A stretch of DNA of 64,000 bases from a virus. The number at the start of each line of letters is the position of its first letter. Position 1 is the first letter of the stretch. The stretch lies in the IMG/VR virus record IMGVR_UViG_3300009124_000007, positions 1-64,000 of that record; one strand, 5' to 3'. The notes beneath the pieces were generated by a model that had not been told where the DNA came from, made no database searches, and saw only the letters and a program-made list of their open reading frames with translations. Shown one piece after another: positions 39,325 through 48,258 of the stretch. The position numbers and the translations under genes are program-made.

Positions 39325-40299
39325 ATGCCTGCTAATACTCATCTGGAACACCCCGAAGACATGGTTTTCCACGGGGAGTATATAAGTCTGCTCAACTTTT
39401 TCTACAATCTGCCGTCCAATCAGCGTGTATCAGTCAAGTGGGACGGTGCCCCTGCTTTGGTATGGGGTATATGCCCTTCCTCGGGTCGCTTCTTTGTAGG
39501 AACTAAGTCGGTTTTCAATAAGCGCAAGATCAAGATCAACTATAATCACCATGATATTGATATGAATCATGGTGACAATCCTGCTGTAGCATCTATTCTT
39601 CACGTTGCATTTGAGTGTCTTCCTGTTCCTGGCAACGGAGGTTATCTGCAGGGAGACTTCATTGGTTTTGGCGATACCAATACTTTCAAACCCAATACCA
39701 TTGAGTATCGGTTTGACAATACTATCAAGCAATCTATAGTTGTTGCTCTCCATACTCGTTATGAGGGTGCTTTTATCGAACCTCGCGTTCAGTTTGGTAT
39801 TAGTACCAACGATGTTATTTGGTCAGATCGTCGTCAAGATCGCTGCTATCTGATTGACACTGCCCATGCATCTGTGGAATACAAGTCTGTCTTCGGTAAG
39901 ATGTATCGCACTCAACTTGCAAAGTTTTTTGCTCACCGTGCTAAGTTTCCTGCTGCTCGTGCAACCACTCAGTACCTGAAAACTCACGTCAATAAATACA
40001 TCCGCCATGGCATCATGCCCACTGCTACTGAGATGTACGATTCGTTACCTGATAAATATAAGAGTCAAGTGAACGTTGATTTGTTTCGCCTCTTTGAGGT
40101 TATCTATAATCTGAAAAACAAAGTGATGAAACATATCGTTGTTTATAACCAAGCAGAATGTTACATTGATGGTCAACCCACTGATCATGAAGGTTTCGTG
40201 ATTACCAGTTCTGGTCAAACCTATAAAATGGTGAACAGGTTGGAATTTAGCAAAGCGAACTTTACCCTAGATAAAAATTGGACGAATGAAAAAGTTTAG
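39325..40299 (+). CDS. ligase-like covalent nucleotidyltransferase-fold protein
   Basis: KWDG (motif I), LQGDF (III), HEGFVI (IV), YKMV (V). Confidence 0.65.
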   Translation: MPANTHLEHPEDMVFHGEYISLLNFFYNLPSNQRVSVKWDGAPALVWGICPSSGRFFVGTKSVFNKRKIKINYNHHDIDMNHGDNPAVASILHVAFECLPVPGNGGYLQGDFIGFGDTNTFKPNTIEYRFDNTIKQSIVVALHTRYEGAFIEPRVQFGISTNDVIWSDRRQDRCYLIDTAHASVEYKSVFGKMYRTQLAKFFAHRAKFPAARATTQYLKTHVNKYIRHGIMPTATEMYDSLPDKYKSQVNVDLFRLFEVIYNLKNKVMKHIVVYNQAECYIDGQPTDHEGFVITSSGQTYKMVNRLEFSKANFTLDKNWTNEKV

Positions 40300-41458
40300 C
40301 ACCTTCCTTAGCGAGGCGGCAAAATCCACAGCAGGACAGCAAGCAGAGAAACTAGGACTTACCCATGCTGGGTATGGTCGCTGGATGAACAAACGTGGCG
40401 AGGTGACACACATCTCAAAGCAGGGCAAACTGATTCCTATAGCACAACAACCCGAAGTAGCACCAGATGGAGGAGAGGCACCAGCACCCGAAGCGCAACA
40501 ACCCGCTGCGCCAGAAGCACCTGGAGAGGTATCTAAAGGTCCGATTACTATTACTTTTGGAAGATTCAATCCTCCTACTACAGGGCATGAAAAACTCATT
40601 CAGCAGGTAGCATCACAAGCAGGTGATGGTGACTATCGAATCTACCCATCACGCTCCCAGGATCCTAAGAAGAATCCTCTGGATCCAGAAACTAAGGTGC
40701 ATTACATGCGCTTGGCATATCCAGATCATGCTCATGCTATCCACAATGATGATAATATGAAGAGCATCTTTGATGTTCTTGAGGGACTATATGGTGAGGG
40801 GTATAGTGATGTCAATATTGTAGTTGGTGGCGATCGAGTAAAAGAGTTTGATGCTCTCGCTAACAAGTACAACGGCAAACTTTATAACTTTACCAGCATC
40901 AATGTGAAGTCTGCTGGTGATCGTGACCCAGATGCTGATGATGTATCTGGCATGTCTGCATCTAAACTTCGTGCTCATGCAGCAGAGAATGACTACGAAT
41001 CTTTTTCTTCTGGTTTGTCTAAGAACCTAGAGGATAAGCACAAGAAAGAACTGTTTGCACATTTGCGTGGTAATATGAAGATGGAGGAGGCAGAAGATTT
41101 TGCTGAAGCATCTTTTGTTCTTCATGAAGTTGCTCCCAAACTAGATCCTACAAGTTTACGTGAAGCATATTACAACAAAGAAATTTTCAAAGTCGGACAG
41201 ATTGTTGAGAATTTGAACACTGGTGTGATCGGTAAGGTTGTATCACGCGGTGTAAATTACGTTATATACATAGATGAGCATGAGGAAATTTATCGCGGTT
41301 GGTTGAAGGATCTCGTGGAGAGAAACGACATCAAACGCTTTGATTTTACTCCGCTTGGTAAGATTGGTACAGATGAACTAGCACATAAAGTTGCTGCTAT
41401 GACACCTGGACAATTTATTCAGAAGATAAATAAAAGAAACAAAACTGCTGAACGATGA
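40286..41458 (+). CDS. cytidylyltransferase-like (HIGH-family) nucleotidyltransferase
   Basis: TFGRFNPPTTGH, VVGGDR, MSASKLR. Confidence 0.88.
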   Translation: MKKFSTFLSEAAKSTAGQQAEKLGLTHAGYGRWMNKRGEVTHISKQGKLIPIAQQPEVAPDGGEAPAPEAQQPAAPEAPGEVSKGPITITFGRFNPPTTGHEKLIQQVASQAGDGDYRIYPSRSQDPKKNPLDPETKVHYMRLAYPDHAHAIHNDDNMKSIFDVLEGLYGEGYSDVNIVVGGDRVKEFDALANKYNGKLYNFTSINVKSAGDRDPDADDVSGMSASKLRAHAAENDYESFSSGLSKNLEDKHKKELFAHLRGNMKMEEAEDFAEASFVLHEVAPKLDPTSLREAYYNKEIFKVGQIVENLNTGVIGKVVSRGVNYVIYIDEHEEIYRGWLKDLVERNDIKRFDFTPLGKIGTDELAHKVAAMTPGQFIQKINKRNKTAER

Positions 41459-42498
41459 ACTACGAAGCACTGCCTGGAATGGAAGAAGCACTAAGACTAG
41501 TGCAAGAAAAGAAGATGAGCAAAGAAGCTCATAAGAAAGCTGCTAAGGCGGGCAAGCGTTGGCAGGACTCCGATGGTGACGGTAAGTGGTATGAACCTGG
41601 TGAGGATGTAAAAGAAGCAAAGAAGGATGACACATATCTGGAAACGGATATGAAGAAGCGCCAAGCAAATAACGAGAAGGCTCGTAAGGAACTTGCAAAG
41701 GGTCCTCAAATGAAGAACCCACACTTTGAAGAAGTCCAACTAGAAGGTGTCCGTGACACTGACCCAGAGAAGGGCACTGAAGAGAGAAAGGCACGTCTTG
41801 AGAAGAAGCGTGGCATGAAACTCGATGACCATCCTCAGTATAAGAAGGAAGAGGTTGAACTAGACGAGAACCGTGCTGCTGCTCGTGCTGCTGGTGGTTA
41901 TAAGGATGACAGCAAGAAGCAGACCGATCCTTCTAAGGCAGGTTTCACTGGCATCTCTGGTAGCATCAAAGACATCATGCGCCAGAACAAAGAGATCGAA
42001 GCAGCAAATAAAGCAAAGGCGAAGAAGGAAGAAGTAGAACTTGAGGAAGGTAAGAACAAAGAAGGAAAAGAGCAGGGTGTTGACGGTAAAGCATGTTGGA
42101 AAGGTTACCGCTATGCTGGCACCGAGAATGGTAAGGACAAGTGCGTTCCTGCTAACGAGGAACTAGAGACCATGGAAGCAAGTCTGCTTGAGTCTGGTCT
42201 GTTCTCTGATGATGAAGTACGTTACATCATCGGTGAGAAGTTCGACGAACTTGAGGAACTCTACAAAGGTAAGCACGGTCAGTCTGAGAAAGAGTATCAG
42301 GATGGTCGCTCTGATGGCGGCAAGATGGTTTCGGGTGACAGCAAGCACAGTGGTGCTGCATACTCCTCCCGTGCTGTCAAGAATAGTGGTCCTAATCCTG
42401 CAGGTGGATCTAAGAAACCTCAGGGTCAGGGTCGTATGACTTCTGGTGCTCGTGCTGATCTACAGTATCGTAAGGCAAATATGAAGGCAGGTAAGTGA
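41455..42498 (+). CDS. charged low-complexity protein, probable internal head protein
   Basis: Repeated EEV(E/Q)L(D/E)E spacers; late-promoter-like ATAAATA upstream. Confidence 0.65.
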   Translation: MNYEALPGMEEALRLVQEKKMSKEAHKKAAKAGKRWQDSDGDGKWYEPGEDVKEAKKDDTYLETDMKKRQANNEKARKELAKGPQMKNPHFEEVQLEGVRDTDPEKGTEERKARLEKKRGMKLDDHPQYKKEEVELDENRAAARAAGGYKDDSKKQTDPSKAGFTGISGSIKDIMRQNKEIEAANKAKAKKEEVELEEGKNKEGKEQGVDGKACWKGYRYAGTENGKDKCVPANEELETMEASLLESGLFSDDEVRYIIGEKFDELEELYKGKHGQSEKEYQDGRSDGGKMVSGDSKHSGAAYSSRAVKNSGPNPAGGSKKPQGQGRMTSGARADLQYRKANMKAGK

Positions 42499-44675
42499 TG
42501 GCAGACGAAAAGAAAGTCACTGGTAAGCAATCCAAAATCAAAGTCAACCCACGATCTGAAGAAATAATGGAACGCAGAACTAATATCGCAAGACAAATCC
42601 TCGGCAATAAACTCACAGAAATGAGAGTTGCCGATGACTTTGATCACTTTGCAGCAGATCATTTCACTGATGAAGAACTTCTAGAAATCTGCGAAGAAGT
42701 TCTCTCAGAAATGAATACTGAAGATCTGGAAGAGATCTGTGAAGCGATTGAAACTAACCTGGAAGTCATCTCTGAGAGAATGGATCCTAAAGAGATCCAA
42801 CGTCGTAGAGACCAGGCAAAGGATAGACTTGCAACTGGTGCTGCAATGAAGAAAGCAGCAGAAAAGTCTGCTGCAGAGAAATCCTCAACCACATCTTCCG
42901 ATGCAAAACCATCTCGTGCAGAACGTGTCAAGTCTGCTCTCAAGAAAGCTGCTTCGACCACTAAGAATGTCGCTAAGAAAGTCGCTAAGGGTGCTGGAGA
43001 GGTCGCTGGTGCTGCTCGTGCTGGCTACCGCGATGCTGCGGGTTCCTCATCCTCTGGAAATACTGCTGGATCTTCTAGTGGTTCTTCTAGTAGTTCTTCT
43101 TCTTCCTCTAGTGGCGGTGGGTCATCGTCTGGAGGCAGTGGGGAGAACAGAGTCAGACTTCGTGACAGACTGAAAGGTGCTATCAAGAAAGGTGTAGGCA
43201 AACTTGCACGTTCAGTATCTCGTGGTGCTCGCAACGTTGCTCGTAAGATGGGTGAAGAAACTGTACTTGGTTTCTCCGCATTCATTACTGAAGGCAAAGT
43301 CAAGTGTAAGGAGTGTGCTGGCAAAGGTTGCAAGCACTGTGGTGATAAGGGTTACATGGTGACCCATGACTGCTCCAAGAAAGTAGAACATGCTGAGTGG
43401 GGTATTGGTGAGTGTATTGCTGAGCAGCATACACTAGATGAAGAAGGTAACATCACTCACTACGATGTTCAGTTTGAGCATGGTTTGGAAGAGAATGTAT
43501 CTGTAGAGGTTCTCAAGACTCTTGTCTCTGAAATGCATGAACATGCTATCAACTACGACAAGAACCAGGAGGTACTTGGCGAAAAAAAGGATGAAGAGGG
43601 GTTCGCTGGTGAAGCAACCTCTTACAAAGGTGTAGTAATCAGACGTACCAAGTCTGGTTATGAAGCACCTAGATTCAATCTAAAGAGCAATTCTGTCGAT
43701 GGTATCAAGCAGAACATCGATAAAGAGATTGCTAAGGTTGATGAGTCCTACAAACCAGATGCTGCTAACAACTACAACGGTCCTCTCTATGCTCCCTGGA
43801 CTGCTGTGAAGAAAGAAGATGTAGAATATGTTGATGAGGATTCCCGTCGTATGAGCAATAAGCAACATACTGCTCGTGTAAAACAAAACATCAAAACTTT
43901 TGGAAGTAATTTCACTCCACCCAATAACTATGACCCCGATGCTAATCGTGGTAAGGGTGAAGTTGTTACTCGTAAACAGATGGAGAAGAAGCGTCGTAAG
44001 GCACTTCGTCAAGAAGAAACTATCCTAGAGCGTGGTGACTATTGGCATCCAGATCCTGAGAAGGATAAGAAACTGGGTGGTCCTGGTGCTAACCAACGTG
44101 CTCGTGAAGATCGTGGATCTAAATCTTCTTCCTCTTCTTCCTCCTCCTCTTCCGATTCTAAGAAACTGAAGCCAGGTGAGTCCTATATGGACTATGCTAA
44201 GCGTCAGAAGTCGGGTAAGTCTTCTTATGCGTCCAGTGGTAAGACTGCTCGTGAGCGTCTTCAGAAAGCAGGTGCAAAATTTTCGACTCCTGCTAAGAAA
44301 GAAGGACTCCGTGATAAGATCAAGCGTAAGTTGGGTCTGAAAAAAGAAGAGTTTGCCATGCAGGAAGGCAGAGCAGAAGATGCACAAGCATCTCTAGCAA
44401 AAGTCAAAGCACGTCAGAAGGTTCTCGATGCACATGAGAAGAAGACTGGCAGGAAACTTGACATCTCTAAGACACCTGAGCACAAAGCACACAAGAAAGA
44501 ATTCCCTGGTGCTAAACGCACTGGTAAGAAAGTTCCTGGTGCTAAGGAGACTCCTGCTGAAACTCAGCGTAGACAAACCAATCGTCAGGTTTCTAGGGTC
44601 GTCAAGCATGGTTACACTTCTAAAGAAAAGAAAGAAGTTGAATCGATGGCAAAGCATACCTCAGCAAGAGATTGA
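42495..44675 (+). CDS. modular charged protein, probable internal head polyprotein
   Basis: Basic modules, Ser tracts, CxxC-x4-CxxC and acidic spacers. Confidence 0.65.
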   Translation: MMADEKKVTGKQSKIKVNPRSEEIMERRTNIARQILGNKLTEMRVADDFDHFAADHFTDEELLEICEEVLSEMNTEDLEEICEAIETNLEVISERMDPKEIQRRRDQAKDRLATGAAMKKAAEKSAAEKSSTTSSDAKPSRAERVKSALKKAASTTKNVAKKVAKGAGEVAGAARAGYRDAAGSSSSGNTAGSSSGSSSSSSSSSSGGGSSSGGSGENRVRLRDRLKGAIKKGVGKLARSVSRGARNVARKMGEETVLGFSAFITEGKVKCKECAGKGCKHCGDKGYMVTHDCSKKVEHAEWGIGECIAEQHTLDEEGNITHYDVQFEHGLEENVSVEVLKTLVSEMHEHAINYDKNQEVLGEKKDEEGFAGEATSYKGVVIRRTKSGYEAPRFNLKSNSVDGIKQNIDKEIAKVDESYKPDAANNYNGPLYAPWTAVKKEDVEYVDEDSRRMSNKQHTARVKQNIKTFGSNFTPPNNYDPDANRGKGEVVTRKQMEKKRRKALRQEETILERGDYWHPDPEKDKKLGGPGANQRAREDRGSKSSSSSSSSSSDSKKLKPGESYMDYAKRQKSGKSSYASSGKTARERLQKAGAKFSTPAKKEGLRDKIKRKLGLKKEEFAMQEGRAEDAQASLAKVKARQKVLDAHEKKTGRKLDISKTPEHKAHKKEFPGAKRTGKKVPGAKETPAETQRRQTNRQVSRVVKHGYTSKEKKEVESMAKHTSARD
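43040..43140 (+). repeat. Ser/Gly low-complexity tract (TCT-rich)
   Basis: GSSSSGNTAGSSSGSSSSSSSSSSGGG; a similar tract lies near 44117-44159. Confidence 0.7.
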
Positions 44676-44710
44676 GCATATATAAGGTATAATCCTATTT
44701 GGTAACACCC

Positions 44711-44911
44711 ATGGTATCATTTCTACTTCCACTTGCTTATAAAGTAGTCGATGCTGCAGTTGCTAAGATTCCTGATGATGCAGAACTAGGTGAGAAACTC
44801 ATCGATCTCTGTCTTCTGATCGTTGGCAAAGCAGTAAAACTAACTAAGACTACTGCTGATGATGAACTATTTGAGAAGGTAAAAGAAGCACTCCAAACCC
44901 GCGAGGGTTGA
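44711..44911 (+). CDS. hypothetical protein
   Basis: Small helical ORF followed by a terminator. Confidence 0.75.
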   Translation: MVSFLLPLAYKVVDAAVAKIPDDAELGEKLIDLCLLIVGKAVKLTKTTADDELFEKVKEALQTREG

Positions 44912-44916
44912 GTTTT

Positions 44917-44947
44917 AGAGGGGCAAAAGCCCCTCTTTTTATAAATA
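44917..44947 (+). terminator. terminator abutting late promoter TATAAATA (44940-44947)
   Basis: AGAGGGGC-AAAA-GCCCCTCT plus T-run, then TATAAATA. Confidence 0.85.
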
Positions 44948-44976
44948 AATATTAGGAAAACATTCGGGGAACACTC

Positions 44977-45561
44977 ATGTCTTTATACGGAAGAGTTGAC
45001 TCTGTTGCCAACCAGACCGCTGTTGGTCTTACTAGAGGTAATGGCGCAGGGTCTGCAACAGAAACAATTGTTTTCGTTGACGAAACGGAAGCAGGTCTTG
45101 CAGCAAACAAAGAGCGTGGCATCACTGCTCCTGGTTGGTGGGCATATCGTACCTACACTGATGCAGCAGGTAGCACCCGTCATAAAGCAGAGCACCTGAT
45201 GGTTCTCACTAATCCTGAGGCAAACGCACAAGAGACTCTCGCTGACGACACCATCGCAGCAGACGTTCAAGCACTCATCACCATCTCTGCACAACCTACC
45301 GATCAGACCACCGTCAGCGGCGCAGCAACCTTCAGCGTTACTGCTGCTTGTGATAACAGTGGCACGGTTACCTTCCAGTGGCAGAAGAAGACAGCAGGTA
45401 GCACCCGCTATGTCAACGTCTCTGGTGCAACCTCTGCATCTCTGGCACTCACAGGTCAAACCGCATCCGAAACTGGTGACAAGTATCGCGTCAAGTTGAA
45501 TGCTAACGTTGGTGCTCCTGAGGTTATCTCTGATGCTGTAACACTAACATTTGGCACCTGA
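44977..45561 (+). CDS. virion structural protein with C-terminal Ig-like domain
   Basis: ITISAQP...ATFSVTA...TFQWQK...YRVKL...SDAVTLT; late promoter upstream. Confidence 0.8.
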   Translation: MSLYGRVDSVANQTAVGLTRGNGAGSATETIVFVDETEAGLAANKERGITAPGWWAYRTYTDAAGSTRHKAEHLMVLTNPEANAQETLADDTIAADVQALITISAQPTDQTTVSGAATFSVTAACDNSGTVTFQWQKKTAGSTRYVNVSGATSASLALTGQTASETGDKYRVKLNANVGAPEVISDAVTLTFGT

Positions 45562-45567
45562 TAATAT

Positions 45568-45930
45568 ATGAACTTCAGCGAACTGAATGCTAATAACTAC
45601 ATTCTGTTCGCCATCAAACATTATGAAAATCCTCAGAGCGTAACGCGAGAGGATTTTGATGAAGACATGAAACGCTTCAAGTATCTCAAGAGATTGTTCA
45701 AGAGATACTTGAAGTCTCATGATTTGAGAACTCATCTCATCATCAATCATATTATTATTTTGTATAATGTTTTTGGCGAAGCAGCAACACCGTTACTCTT
45801 TTTCAAACTGGAAAGGGAGTATTGGCCTTTGCTAAAAACCTTTCTATTATTTTTGAATAAATATCCTGTAGGCATGTTGCCAGGATTAGATATCGAAGAA
45901 GAAATTCAAGAGGAGCTTGATAAACTATGA
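45568..45930 (+). CDS. conserved T4-like hypothetical protein
   Basis: YENPQ...DMKRFKYLKRL...INHIIILYNVFG. Confidence 0.85.
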   Translation: MNFSELNANNYILFAIKHYENPQSVTREDFDEDMKRFKYLKRLFKRYLKSHDLRTHLIINHIIILYNVFGEAATPLLFFKLEREYWPLLKTFLLFLNKYPVGMLPGLDIEEEIQEELDKL

Positions 45931-46841
45931 TGACCGTAGGTACTGGTGGTTTTAGTGGTTCCGCTGCAGCAACTGGACCTGTAGCAGGGTTCGATCCTGT
46001 CTTGGATTTTCGTAAGAGAATGGCAAACAAGATCAAAGATCATCCTTATGCCCAGCAGTATAAGGAGAAGCGTAAGAAAGCAAAAAAACTGAAAGAGGCA
46101 ATGGATCGCCATGCCCATCAGGTTGCTCATCTCTACCAGTACAAAGTAAACATCCCTGAAGTGGGTGAAACTATTATCTTCGCATCTTCGCAAGCAGAAC
46201 TAACAATGAAGATGCGTCTTCTTATCAACCCACGCTATCGTGGTGATGTAAAGATTGATAGAATCTTCCCTTCTGATGCTGGAAAGTTTTATAACGAAAA
46301 GAGAATGAAAGCATATAAAAATCTCCCTGAGCAGATGGAAGATCCTGCAGACAAAGCAGCAGCTGCTTCGGCAAAGAAAGAGCAAGATGCTGCTAAGAAG
46401 GCAAATGATGCTGCTAAGAAACAAGCAGCAGCACTGAAGAAGCAACAGTCGCAGAAAGAAATTGCCACCAAGATTGCTGCAGAGAAGAAAAAAATTCAAC
46501 TGAAGACTGCAGAGATGCAGAAAACACTGCAAACTAAGATTGCAGGCATGAAAAAAGCAGCAGCATCTGGCGCATCTACTGGTGGTGTTGCCGAAGAGTT
46601 CATGCATGAATCTTCAGGTGGTAACATCGATGCAATCAAAAAGATTGCTGATAGCAATCAACCAGGTAAGATTACATTCTTGAATGGCGAGAGTTTCCAA
46701 CTCCAACCAGCAATTGCACAGAAAATTTTCCAAGCATACGAGACACTAGGTATGCAAAGGAACAAAGCGAAGTTTAGTAATGCTGCAAATGAGAATACAC
46801 AATCATTCCAAAAGATCTTAGATTTTGTGGGGCAGTCATAA
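45927..46841 (+). CDS. hypothetical protein with gp23 N-arm-like N-terminus, probable head protein
   Basis: TVGTGGFSGSAAATGPVAGFDPVL matches gp23 at 21/24 residues; Lys/Ala coiled coil. Confidence 0.75.
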   Translation: MMTVGTGGFSGSAAATGPVAGFDPVLDFRKRMANKIKDHPYAQQYKEKRKKAKKLKEAMDRHAHQVAHLYQYKVNIPEVGETIIFASSQAELTMKMRLLINPRYRGDVKIDRIFPSDAGKFYNEKRMKAYKNLPEQMEDPADKAAAASAKKEQDAAKKANDAAKKQAAALKKQQSQKEIATKIAAEKKKIQLKTAEMQKTLQTKIAGMKKAAASGASTGGVAEEFMHESSGGNIDAIKKIADSNQPGKITFLNGESFQLQPAIAQKIFQAYETLGMQRNKAKFSNAANENTQSFQKILDFVGQS

Positions 46842-47266
46842 TGGCCTTCGGTCTTCAAAAATTAGCAGTTCTTGAATCCAAACTCGATATTTATGAAGAT
46901 CTCTCTAAAGAGATGCTTGACAAACTTGAAAGAGCAGTCGGGACTATCTCTGAGAATAGCAATAAGATTGCTATAATTCTTGAGCGTCATGAGGCACGTC
47001 TAGATGAAGGCGACAAAGCAAACGATGCCATCCTAAAAATGGTGAATGATCACCAGAAGTATGATGAAAGAATGTTCAATAACTTTGCAGAGAAGTTAGA
47101 GACTCTAGAGAAGAAGGTAGACGATAATCAAAAGATGCTCTGGATGGTCACCGTGAGTGCTGGTGCAGTCATCTTTGTATTACAGATGCTACCTCAACTG
47201 GGATTACGGTTGACTCCTACTGGATCGTCTGCTAGCATAGGGACAGCAATCCACCGTTCTGCATGA
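46841..47266 (+). CDS. coiled-coil protein with C-terminal transmembrane segment
   Basis: KLAVLESKL coiled coil; MLWMVTVSAGAVIFVL. Confidence 0.75.
   Translation: MAFGLQKLAVLESKLDIYEDLSKEMLDKLERAVGTISENSNKIAIILERHEARLDEGDKANDAILKMVNDHQKYDERMFNNFAEKLETLEKKVDDNQKMLWMVTVSAGAVIFVLQMLPQLGLRLTPTGSSASIGTAIHRSA
47210..47238 (+). promoter_or_regulatory. sigma70-type promoter for primase
   Basis: TTGACT-17-TAGCAT. Confidence 0.6.
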
Positions 47267-48258
47267 GCACAGTTGATATGAGGTTTGCGGATCTTGTGGG
47301 TCCGAGACTTCAGAAGTTTGTCCGTAAGAAGAGCGGACTATGGAACTTTCGTTGTCCTTATTGTGGGGACTCGCAGAAGTATCAGAACAAAGCACGAGGA
47401 TACTTCTTCCTGAAGAAGAATGACATCGTGTACAAGTGTCACAACTGTGGTGTTGGGAGGTCTTTCGGTGGGTTCCTGAAGGATAATGCTCCTGATCTCC
47501 ATGATGAATATGTCATGGAAAGGTACAAGAAGGGATTGACTGGTAAAGGTAGAAATGTTGCTGACCCAGAGTTCAAAACTACCAAACCTGTCTTCATATC
47601 TAAACCTACAGGTCTTACAAAAATTTCTGACCTAAATATTTCTCACCCAGCAAAGAAATATCTTCTAAGCAGACAGTTACCAGAAGACGCAATGCAGCGT
47701 CTATATTACGTTGATAGATTTCAGCACTGGGTCAACACACAAAAGAAAACTTTTCCAAATTCAAATGCTGATCATCCACGAATCATTATCCCTCTTATCG
47801 ATAGAGATGGAAGTTGGTTTGGGTTTCAGGGCAGGTCCCTAAATCCTAAGGATAAGATGAGATATATTACTATCATGTTAGATGATAGCAAACCAAAGAT
47901 TTATGGATTGGACAAAGTTGATGACAAACGAACAGTCTACGTCACAGAAGGACCCTTTGACTCCTATTTCATTAGGAACTCTGTTGCTATGTGTGGTAGC
48001 GATGTTGACTACCGCTCTCTATCTTATCGAGATAGGGTCTGGGTCTTCGATAATGAACCAAGAAACAAAGAGATCGTTGCAAAGATTGCAAAGACCACCG
48101 AGTCAGGAGATAAGGTAGTCATCTGGCCTTCTAGCATCAAAGAGAAAGATCTAAATGATATGTTCATTGCTGGTCACGACGTTCAGTCTGTGGTAGAATC
48201 TAATACCTTCAGTGGTTTACAAGCACAAGTCAAATTTTCAGAGTGGAAAAAAGTATGA
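47263..48258 (+). CDS. gp61: DNA primase
   Basis: RCPYCGDS, YKCHNCG, TEGPFDS, FDNEPRN. Confidence 0.96.
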   Translation: MSTVDMRFADLVGPRLQKFVRKKSGLWNFRCPYCGDSQKYQNKARGYFFLKKNDIVYKCHNCGVGRSFGGFLKDNAPDLHDEYVMERYKKGLTGKGRNVADPEFKTTKPVFISKPTGLTKISDLNISHPAKKYLLSRQLPEDAMQRLYYVDRFQHWVNTQKKTFPNSNADHPRIIIPLIDRDGSWFGFQGRSLNPKDKMRYITIMLDDSKPKIYGLDKVDDKRTVYVTEGPFDSYFIRNSVAMCGSDVDYRSLSYRDRVWVFDNEPRNKEIVAKIAKTTESGDKVVIWPSSIKEKDLNDMFIAGHDVQSVVESNTFSGLQAQVKFSEWKKV

